DNA of 64,000 bases from a virus. The DNA lies in IMG/VR virus record IMGVR_UViG_3300036945_000368, positions 16,031 through 80,030 of that record. One strand, 5' to 3'. Position numbers and translations under genes: made by a program. Position 1 is the first letter of the stretch, and each line of letters starts with the position of its first letter. The notes beneath the pieces are model-generated. The model was not told the DNA's origin and ran no database searches. It worked only from the letters and a program-made list of their open reading frames with translations. Below, piece after piece: positions 57,314-64,000 of the stretch.

Positions 57314-57353
57314 TGGTGGACAACAATGGCTTAGTAGCAGCCTATCATCGCCC
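57314..57353 (-). ncRNA. CCA-terminated tRNA-Ala-like minihelix
   Basis: GGGCGATGAT-A-GGCT-GCTACTA-AGCC-ATTGTTGTCC-ACCA. Confidence 0.6.
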
Positions 57354-57358
57354 ATAAC

Positions 57359-57434
57359 TTGCTGACCTACGTGGCCTCGAACCACGGGCATCGAAATTAA
57401 CAGTTTCGCGCTCTACCGACTGAGCTATATGCCA
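57359..57434 (-). tRNA. tRNA-Asn(GTT) (ends G-CAA; one acceptor-stem mismatch)
   Basis: CGAAA-CT GTT AA-TTTCG; canonical D and T arms. Confidence 0.85.
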
Positions 57435-57442
57435 ATATTTAA

Positions 57443-57543
57443 TTGTAGCAGGCTGCACACAAGCATTAAAGTTGCGCTTCGATATTTAACGGCATTTAAG
57501 CTTCCGCAACACCCTTTACCCTAGCTCCAGTCTACGGCTACAA
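57443..57543 (-). ncRNA. putative rod-shaped RNA within the tRNA cluster
   Basis: TTGTAGC/GCTACAA terminal stem; GTTGCG/CGCAAC inner stem; internal loops. Confidence 0.45.
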
Positions 57544-57546
57544 AAT

Positions 57547-57632
57547 TGGTGGACACCCTAGGTAACGCTCCTAGCGAGTGCATAGACAACGGTTTTACAG
57601 ACCGCTTCGCCTCTTTAACGAAATATGTGTCC
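57547..57632 (-). tRNA. tRNA-Tyr(GTA), non-canonical T-loop
   Basis: GCGGT-CT GTA AA-ACCGT; long variable region; CTAGG-AGCGTTA-CCTAG; A-CCA. Confidence 0.8.
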
Positions 57633-57637
57633 TTGTT

Positions 57638-57712
57638 TGGTACTGCATGGGAGAATCGAACTCCCCTTGCTCGGATGAAAACCGAGTGTCCTAACCGATG
57701 GACGAATGCAGT
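57638..57712 (-). tRNA. tRNA-Glu(TTC)
   Basis: CTCGG-TT TTC AT-CCGAG; ACTGCAT/ATGCAGT-A-CCA. Confidence 0.92.
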
Positions 57713-57717
57713 ATTTT

Positions 57718-57793
57718 TGGTACGGAGAACTGGGCTTGAACCAGTGACATTTGCCTTATCAAGACAACGCTCTACCAACTGAGCTATCTCCGC
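57718..57793 (-). tRNA. tRNA-Ile(GAT)
   Basis: TTGTC-TT GAT AA-GGCAA; CCA. Confidence 0.92.
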
Positions 57794-57794
57794 A

Positions 57795-58100
57795 TTATTT
57801 TGAGTAGTGCTCAATAGCGTGGCAATTTGCACACAAGATTTCGCATTTATCTATCTCTTCTTTTAATTTTTTCAAAGACCACGATCTTGCAACAGTAGCA
57901 ATAGTTGCCTCTTTTGTTGTTGGGTCAGTGTGATGAAACTGTAAGGCAGCTGGATGTGAAAAACCGCACCTAGTACATTTTAATGTTTTCTTAAATTCTA
58001 GATACTCCGCTTGACGTTTGTCCTTCCATGCTTTGTTTAAAGCATTGCGTTTCTCTCTATTATTTTGTGCCCATTCTCTGTGGTACTCTTTTGTTGTCAT
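57795..58100 (-). CDS. HNH endonuclease inside the tRNA cluster
   Basis: CTRCG...LQFHH.DP..K...EIDKCEILCANCH..EH. Confidence 0.88.
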   Translation of the reverse strand: MTTKEYHREWAQNNREKRNALNKAWKDKRQAEYLEFKKTLKCTRCGFSHPAALQFHHTDPTTKEATIATVARSWSLKKLKEEIDKCEILCANCHAIEHYSK

Positions 58101-58137
58101 ATATTACCATAAATAAAGATTACAAAGTTTATTGTAT

Positions 58138-58211
58138 TGGTGCTGGATGAATGAATCGAACACTCATCACTGGACTACAAAACCAGTATTCTACCATTGA
58201 ACTAATCCAGC
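58138..58211 (-). tRNA. tRNA-Thr(TGT)
   Basis: GCTGGAT/ATCCAGC-A-CCA; CTGGT-TT TGT AG-TCCAG (U.U at 31-39). Confidence 0.88.
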
Positions 58212-58323
58212 AATTTAGTAGACTTCTGACTTTTGGTGTCTACGACCTCAGTAGCGTTAGATTAAGCTACGAGCCTTCGGCTTATGCCTGTTGTGTTCGC
58301 TATTCGGAAATAGCCAACGAATA

Positions 58324-58397
58324 TGGATGCGGGTGACAGATTCGAACTGCCGATGCTCCGAGCTTATGAGACTGGAGTGGTGACCGCCCTACCCGCA
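58324..58397 (-). tRNA. tRNA-Met(CAT)-like, shortened D-arm
   Basis: TGCGGGT/ACCCGCA-T-CCA; CT CAT AA loop; GGCAG-TTCGAAT-CTGTC. Confidence 0.75.
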
Positions 58398-58510
58398 ATA
58401 TGTCTAGAAAGGATTTAAACCTATCTTAAAGCACTTTTTATCGTAAGTTGATACCTGAGTAGCTTATAAGAATAAAACCTCTTAAAACCCTCAGATTCTT
58501 CATATAAAGT

Positions 58511-58705
58511 TCAGAACCCGTGAGATTCATCCCAATCATAGTGAATCTGCGCTGCAGTCTTTCCACTAGGGTTCCTTAGAATCTCGAAATCTACTTCGGA
58601 CTCTGAATCTACTTCATTCAATACTATACTATTGCAATCTTCGCATTCATAACTTTGGTTAAATACGTTTTGCTTAAAATATTGATTACAAATTACACAT
58701 TTCAT
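58511..58705 (-). CDS. small zinc-ribbon protein
   Basis: CVIC...CEDC. Confidence 0.65.
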   Translation of the reverse strand: MKCVICNQYFKQNVFNQSYECEDCNSIVLNEVDSESEVDFEILRNPSGKTAAQIHYDWDESHGF

Positions 58706-58903
58706 AGTTTCTCTCTAATTATTAGTGCTGGTTACTTATCCAGCTTCTAGCTAGGTAACCTTGAAAGGAGTTACAAAGAGGTTACGAACCTAGAAAGGTT
58801 ACATCGTAATAGTCTTGCAATATTTTTACAATTTAGCAGGTTACGGACTTTTAATGCGCGTATTTACTAAAACTTGAAGTTGCAATTTGATACGATAATG
58901 TAA

Positions 58904-58932
58904 TTATATCATAGTTTACTGTAAATATCAAG
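58904..58932 (-). promoter_or_regulatory. sigma70-type promoter for the tRNA cluster transcript
   Basis: TTGATA-17-TATAAT with TG. Confidence 0.7.
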
Positions 58933-58997
58933 AGCAATTCAATAAAATTTGCAGAAAGTAGCTCGGTCTACTACCGTAGCCCTCCCCTTGTGCTATA

Positions 58998-59477
58998 TTA
59001 GTCGAACACACAGTACTTACTGAGTATCTTAGCGTACTTTAATTGTAGCTTATTATATAACCTACGTACAACTACGATATCTTGTACGACTAGCACTCTA
59101 TCCTTACCATCTTCTCTCCAGCTTAGGGTATAACTGAACATATCTTGATAGTGCGGTACTATCCGTAAAGCACCGCCTAAGTTACGTTGTGCTTCCTTGA
59201 TAGTGTTAAAAGTTTTCCTAGTGACTAAACGTAAGTTCTGCAACCTATAGTCATTGTAATCAAGATTACGGTGCAGCACTACTTTATCTTTTGGCACAAT
59301 CAAGTCATTACCCAACTCTATAGCTACCCTGTTAGCTTTCATCTTGTACTTCTTACCCTTCTTGTAGAATATCAGGTAACCATCTTCGTCTGGAAATAAC
59401 CTACGATAAGGTTTAGCATCTTTCAAGATATGGAACTCACCCTCTAATGCACAGTATAGCAATAGTTCTTTTAACAT
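58998..59477 (-). CDS. degenerate HNH-like protein
   Basis: DGYL...ANRVA...VVLHRNLDYNDYRLQNLRLV resembles HNH_3 with substituted residues. Confidence 0.55.
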   Translation of the reverse strand: MLKELLLYCALEGEFHILKDAKPYRRLFPDEDGYLIFYKKGKKYKMKANRVAIELGNDLIVPKDKVVLHRNLDYNDYRLQNLRLVTRKTFNTIKEAQRNLGGALRIVPHYQDMFSYTLSWREDGKDRVLVVQDIVVVRRLYNKLQLKYAKILSKYCVFD

Positions 59478-59723
59478 ATCATCCTTGTCGTTAGTAATTG
59501 ATTAGCACAACTTAATTGTTAGCACAATCTATTAGTTCTATGTGCTAGATAGATAAAGTTCATACGTAGGATTGTACTGTTGTTTTTATACAACAAACCA
59601 GTGTAAGTTTCTACAGTGAGGGAGTAAAGAGGCTGAAAGCCTAACGTACGTAGCTAACGTACATTTCCCTTACGTACGTTATACTCAGTATTATTATTTC
59701 AGTATTGCTTTCTTTCTTAATAG

Positions 59724-59787
59724 TGTGCGTTTTTCGCCATAGCTATGTGCGTTTTTCGCCATAGTACGTGTGCGTTTTTCGCCATAG
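59724..59787. repeat. three 19-bp direct repeats (iteron-like)
   Basis: TGTGCGTTTTTCGCCATAG at 59724, 59746 and 59769. Confidence 0.9.
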
Positions 59788-59803
59788 TTCGAAAGTATTC
59801 ATA

Positions 59804-60208
59804 TCAGAATGGAGTGTCAGAAACAGGCAGTTCTGGCTCTGGTTTAGAGGTGTAAATGCCGTACATATCTCGCACATGATAGCTGTGAGAAATTACGGAC
59901 CTTTCTGTAGCGTAAACCTTCTTCTTAAACACGCGAAGCATGCCTAGTTCTTCTAAAGTCTTGATGCTATCACCTACGGTTCGTCTTTGCATACCTAAAG
60001 CATCTGCAATCTCTTGCATATTCTCGAAGTACTCCTTACCTAAGCCGTAAAAGAACATGTAACGGTCAAGCATAAATGAATATACTGCTTTAGCATTAGC
60101 TGTCAGGTCTTTACGTTTCATCAGTTCGTGAGAAGTCCTTACCCACGTATTTTGAGGGCGTTGTCTCTTCTCCAGCTTAACGATGTTGGTTGATTGACCT
60201 TGTTGCAC
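59804..60208 (-). CDS. winged-HTH DNA-binding protein (replication initiator-like)
   Basis: DLTANAKAVYSFM...QEIADALGMQRRTVGDSIKTLEELG; ends DTPF. GTG 60208 follows an AAGGAG SD; the track's TTG at 60262 is the -35 box of TTGACA-17-TAGGAT. Confidence 0.75.
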   Translation of the reverse strand: MQQGQSTNIVKLEKRQRPQNTWVRTSHELMKRKDLTANAKAVYSFMLDRYMFFYGLGKEYFENMQEIADALGMQRRTVGDSIKTLEELGMLRVFKKKVYATERSVISHSYHVRDMYGIYTSKPEPELPVSDTPF

Positions 60209-60299
60209 AAAAACTCCTTTATTCGACTCCACAATCCTAGCACGAGTTTCTGCGTTTGTCAAGCATATACAGCAAATAATTGCAGTTATCTCTTTGGCA

Positions 60300-60328
60300 T
60301 TGCTTTTGGAAGTATTCTATGCTATAAT
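60300..60328 (+). promoter_or_regulatory. sigma70-type promoter (divergent from the HTH gene)
   Basis: TTGCTT-17-TATAAT with TG. Confidence 0.75.
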
Positions 60329-60357
60329 CTAGTTTTACAACAACACAAAGGAGTGAT

Positions 60358-60705
60358 ATGACAGATGTTAAACGAATCGAAACTTACGGCTTATATGAAT
60401 TTTGCCAAGAGGTTCAGTCAGCAATTCAAGATGGGTATTCTTTCGATTTTGAAAGTAGCGAAAACTTCCCTACGGCTTTTGGTTCTCTGCTTGTTTGTGG
60501 TCTTATTAAGGCTAGGAAGGAAGTAGAAGCTACAGACGATGTAGCGGTAGTTGCTCCAACCGTTAATGAAGTTGAAGCTGAAACTGTTGCTGAAACTAGT
60601 CAAACTGCAGAAGTTGTACAGGATGAGGTACAAACAGAAGTAGAAGCAGAAGGAAATGCTGAAGCTACTCCTGCAAAGCGCGGCCCTAAACCTAAAGCTA
60701 AGTAA
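60358..60705 (+). CDS. hypothetical protein with acidic low-complexity tail
   Basis: ORF with AAGGAG SD; ends AKRGPKPKAK. Confidence 0.75.
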   Translation: MTDVKRIETYGLYEFCQEVQSAIQDGYSFDFESSENFPTAFGSLLVCGLIKARKEVEATDDVAVVAPTVNEVEAETVAETSQTAEVVQDEVQTEVEAEGNAEATPAKRGPKPKAK

Positions 60706-60752
60706 TTAGTATAGCAGCCCTCTACGGAGGGCTTATTTATTTCAGGAGGTCT

Positions 60753-61538
60753 ATGAAAAGAAATCAAAAAGTTGCATCCCAACGTATTCAAAAGGAAAAG
60801 TTCCAGCGTCAGCAATTCCCTGCGTTGTTACCAATGAATGCAAAGCAGTCTGAGTTACTAGAGGCTCTAAAGTATAATACCTTAGTTGTAGCTAGAGGTA
60901 GTGCTGGTACGGGTAAGACGTTGTTGGCAGTTTGGCATGCAGCGAAGAAGTTGCACTATGCGGATATTAAGAAGGTTGTGCTGATTCGTGCTTATCAGCC
61001 GTTGGCGGGTCGGAGCATTGGATTCCTCCCCGGCACCGCAGAGGAGAAGTTACTCCCCTTCTACCAACAAATGATTGATTACTTTGAAGACTACCTCGGT
61101 AAAGCCACCACTGAGATTCATCTCAAGAATAAGACCATTGAAATCTGTAGCTTAGAAACTATCCGTGGTCGTAGCTGGAATGACAGCATTATTATCGTAG
61201 ATGAAAGCCAGAACTTATACGTTCCAGAGATTCAAGCTCTCACTACTCGTGTAGGCACAAGTTCACAAATCATCTTCTGTGGTGATAACACTGGACCTCA
61301 GACCGATGTAAAGAAGGGTATGGATGGCTTAACCTATCTTGAGAAGATTTGTAAGAAATACAATATTGATGAAACTAGTTTTACTACTTTCGATAGAGCA
61401 GATGTAGTACGTAGTGGTTTAACTAAAGAATTCGTTATCGCTTTTGAAGACGAACTAGATGCCGAAGCTGAAGGTACTGCTGTTACTCAAGAAAAACCAA
61501 AGGAGAAGGCTAATGTTAAAGCACCTAGAAAAATTTAA
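60753..61538 (+). CDS. phoH: PhoH-family ATPase
   Basis: GSAGTGKT, GFLPG..EEK, IRGRS, DESQN, TRVG, GD..Q.D, VVRS. Confidence 0.93.
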   Translation: MKRNQKVASQRIQKEKFQRQQFPALLPMNAKQSELLEALKYNTLVVARGSAGTGKTLLAVWHAAKKLHYADIKKVVLIRAYQPLAGRSIGFLPGTAEEKLLPFYQQMIDYFEDYLGKATTEIHLKNKTIEICSLETIRGRSWNDSIIIVDESQNLYVPEIQALTTRVGTSSQIIFCGDNTGPQTDVKKGMDGLTYLEKICKKYNIDETSFTTFDRADVVRSGLTKEFVIAFEDELDAEAEGTAVTQEKPKEKANVKAPRKI

Positions 61539-62301
61539 AAAATTTACCCAACCTTTTAATAAACCAAATAAACTGGATGATGAAGATGACGATAATTCTA
61601 ACCCTATGTCTGTTAATCAGCATTTGCCTTATTTTCAAAGTACTCAAGTTAATCGATGTATCAAAGCATTCATTGACGAAGGTGTACGAGAAGCAAAGTA
61701 CTACCGTAATCTGATTCATACTATCGATAGTCTAGCTGAGAATGATATTCTTTGGTTAAGTATTAATACTTATGGTGGGCACTTAGATGGTGCTATCGCT
61801 ATCATTAATGCTATCCAAAATACTGACGCTAGTGTGCATTGTCATATTGACGGTATGGCTGCTAGTGCTGGTTCTCTTCTCGCTCTTGCTAGTCCTTCAG
61901 TAAGTGTAAGCCCTTATGCGACCATGATGATTCATGCAGCTACGTTTGGTACATTCGGTAAGCAATCGGATGTAATTTCTCACGCTAGTTTCGTAGATAA
62001 GCAGGTTAAGGGTTTAATGAATGACGTATATAAAGATTTCTTAACCGATAAAGAACTTGCAGAAGTTATCATGGGTAAGGAGATGTGGTTCAACTCTGAT
62101 GAAATCGTAGAAAGACTACAACGCAGAGAGCAGTTAGTTAGTGCCAGAGTAAAGAAGGAACAAGCTGACCTTAAGAAAGCCGAAAAAGCTCTCATTAAGC
62201 AGATCGAAGCTATGACCCCTACAGAAGTCGAGAAAGCACTCGAACAATTAGACGAAGCAGCTGAACCTAAAGCTGTTAAATCTACAAAAAATAAAAAATA
62301 A
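61513..62301 (+). CDS. clpP: ClpP-like protease subunit
   Basis: INTYGG, GMAASAGS (catalytic Ser), MMIH. Confidence 0.85.
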   Translation: MLKHLEKFKKFTQPFNKPNKLDDEDDDNSNPMSVNQHLPYFQSTQVNRCIKAFIDEGVREAKYYRNLIHTIDSLAENDILWLSINTYGGHLDGAIAIINAIQNTDASVHCHIDGMAASAGSLLALASPSVSVSPYATMMIHAATFGTFGKQSDVISHASFVDKQVKGLMNDVYKDFLTDKELAEVIMGKEMWFNSDEIVERLQRREQLVSARVKKEQADLKKAEKALIKQIEAMTPTEVEKALEQLDEAAEPKAVKSTKNKK

Positions 62302-62306
62302 ATTTA

Positions 62307-62340
62307 CGCCCTTCGGATTAACGTCCTTAGGGCTATTTTT
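62307..62340 (+). terminator. rho-independent terminator
   Basis: GCCCT.CGGA...TCC.TAGGGC followed by TATTTTT. Confidence 0.6.
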
Positions 62341-62936
62341 ACGCCTAAAGGCGACAGCCTTGGGGCTTTAGCGCCTGAATATATCAGATCGATTTAAACG
62401 ACCTATAGCGAGTTATATGTGTTTAGGCTACATTGCATCGTCCGTTCGATTATAAGCTGCTACAGAGCGTTCTGGTTCGTTACAATAGGCAATAAGCTAC
62501 CTTTTATGTTCGTTTACTCAGCTTTAGGGCTGTTATTTGAGCTGTTAATACTTTGATTGTAGTGTATGAAATTTTATTGCATGAATGAAGGGTAAATGGA
62601 ATATTATTGCAGGTAGTCATGGGTGCTTGCTGGACCCCGCCTCTATGTTTACCATATGATTTACGATTCTAAAATATCTGTATGTATGTTTGTTATATGT
62701 TCGTTATAACATCAAGCTAGTAATAATGAAGGGTAATTTGGCGAGCGTAGCGAGTCGATTTTTATTTTGGCGTTATAACGTGCTGTAAATTGTGAAATTA
62801 TCGGCGTTTTATGCTGTTCTGGTTGCCCTGTATAACATTCCGTGCGGTTTGTTAAGCACAACTCTATATTTTGCTTAATAAATACCCGTTATTTCGTCCG
62901 ATAATTGCCCGTTATACCTGCCAAAAAGTATAGTCG

Positions 62937-62967
62937 AAAAGAAACCCGCGTTTTTAGGGCGGGTTTT
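62937..62967 (-). terminator. rho-independent terminator of the leftward gene at 63105
   Basis: Minus strand AAACCCGC...GCGGGTTT-CTTTT. Confidence 0.7.
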
Positions 62968-63104
62968 ATAAGTATATCGGCGGGTTATCGGCGGATATAT
63001 AGGCGGTATTTATGCACCGATATTGCACCGATATATAGGGCGGCGCATACTATCCATAATGAAAGGTAAGTGGCGAGAATTACGGCGATAAAATCGCGCA
63101 TAAT

Positions 63105-63965
63105 TTAAATCCCTGCCTTCGCTGTACCGTGGGCGACAATTGCGACACTCTTAGCGCTGATCGCTGACCCGCTGCATAGCTTGCATTGTAGGCATGTGAC
63201 GCGCTGGCCTGCCTCCTTTGAGGCGGGGCACAATATTTCATTATTTAATAGGGAGGCTTTACCTTGCGTGTTGTACTCTGTGACGGGTATTACGCGAAAA
63301 GTTCGGCGGTTTGCTCTGTGTGCCTGCAATGCTTCGGCCTTAGTGTCTGCGCTGTGCATCATTCGTGAATAATCGGGGCTTTTGTCGTGCTGGTGCGTGT
63401 AGCCTGTATGCCCTGCGGCTTCTTTTAGTAGATTGTCCCATATGTGGGCCGGTACTGCTGCGGGGTCGCCATATGTGCCTAATCTAACCATACGGGCGCG
63501 GCCTAGCTCTTGGGTTTGCTCTGCTGTCGCTGTAGGGTAGCTGTTAGCCCCTTTGAGGCGCTTATAAACTTGGGTTGGTCCTTGGCCTAGGTTTACGTAA
63601 CATGTGCGCCCCTGTGCTTGTTTGCGGGTGCTGTCGGTGGTAGCTGTGCCCCTGTGCTTACAATTGCCGCATATGCTGAAATCTGCCCCTGATTTGCTGG
63701 CCTGTAATGGGTCCATATCGGCGCGGAGAATGTGGGTCTGCAACATATCGCCGGTCTTGCTGTTGCTGCTACTGACGATAACAACGCATACAATCGGGCT
63801 TCCGTCAATCAGGCTTGGGCCGCTGTAGATAATCGCGCTTTTGGGTTTTGGTGTTCGTGCTGGTTTTGTCATGGTTTTGGCTTTGGTTGGTTGTGCTGGT
63901 TCAAATTGTCCAGATATCTGCATTGTCGCTCTGTCGTTTTTCGTCCTGTGTGAATGATTCTTCAA
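63105..63965 (-). CDS. Cys-rich conserved phage protein (Gp88/Fe-S-like); start uncertain, possibly 63872
   Basis: NSKTG, ICGNC.HRG, CYV, RLGTYGDP, GYTHQ, CPAS...C..C.LC.G, AHG; GC-richer than the rest. Confidence 0.65.
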   Translation of the reverse strand: MKNHSHRTKNDRATMQISGQFEPAQPTKAKTMTKPARTPKPKSAIIYSGPSLIDGSPIVCVVIVSSSNSKTGDMLQTHILRADMDPLQASKSGADFSICGNCKHRGTATTDSTRKQAQGRTCYVNLGQGPTQVYKRLKGANSYPTATAEQTQELGRARMVRLGTYGDPAAVPAHIWDNLLKEAAGHTGYTHQHDKSPDYSRMMHSADTKAEALQAHRANRRTFRVIPVTEYNTQGKASLLNNEILCPASKEAGQRVTCLQCKLCSGSAISAKSVAIVAHGTAKAGI

Positions 63966-64000
63966 TCAAGGCGCTCAAGGCGTGAAAATCGGCGCTGTGC

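Noticed and set aside
57521-58336. Track ORFs 57521-57832, 57546-57782, 58151-58336 (and 10086-10292)
   Set aside because: They overlap clear tRNA genes and are spurious translations
59724-59787. CRISPR array
   Set aside because: Only 3-4 nt between the 19-bp repeats, so no spacers, and no cas genes

Overview
A 64-kb slice of a lytic-looking tailed phage genome with siphovirus-type morphogenesis genes. It uses the standard genetic code and looks AT-rich by eye; no integrase, repressor or phage RNA polymerase was seen in the window. Leftward at 1-2171 are an HNH endonuclease and two deaminases. Rightward at 2320-22008 is a replication and nucleotide-metabolism arm: DNA ligase, RNA ligase, T7-like primase-helicase, family A DNA polymerase, SSB, exonuclease, endonuclease VII, phosphoesterase, NTP pyrophosphatases, NrdB/NrdA and thioredoxin. 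Leftward at 22062-60262 are the lysis, tail, head, fibre and packaging genes, a tRNA cluster, and an HTH gene next to iteron-like repeats. PhoH and a ClpP-like protease follow rightward, then an ~800-bp non-coding repeat-rich gap and a GC-richer gene. Transcription appears to rely on host sigma70-type promoters. The least explained material is non-coding RNA. (i) A tRNA-bracketed operon at 10052-12118 in which two structured RNAs precede a Pol-beta-type nucleotidyltransferase-like gene and two paralogues. (ii) A 40-nt CCA-ended minihelix with alanine identity elements (G3.U70, A73) inside the tRNA cluster. (iii) Further structured RNAs at 55118-55296, 57443-57543, 58217-58310 and 53485-53529. 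Also notable are a +1 (not -1) tail-chaperone frameshift and three tandem paralogous adhesin-like genes. All calls come from manual motif reading; no database searches were run.
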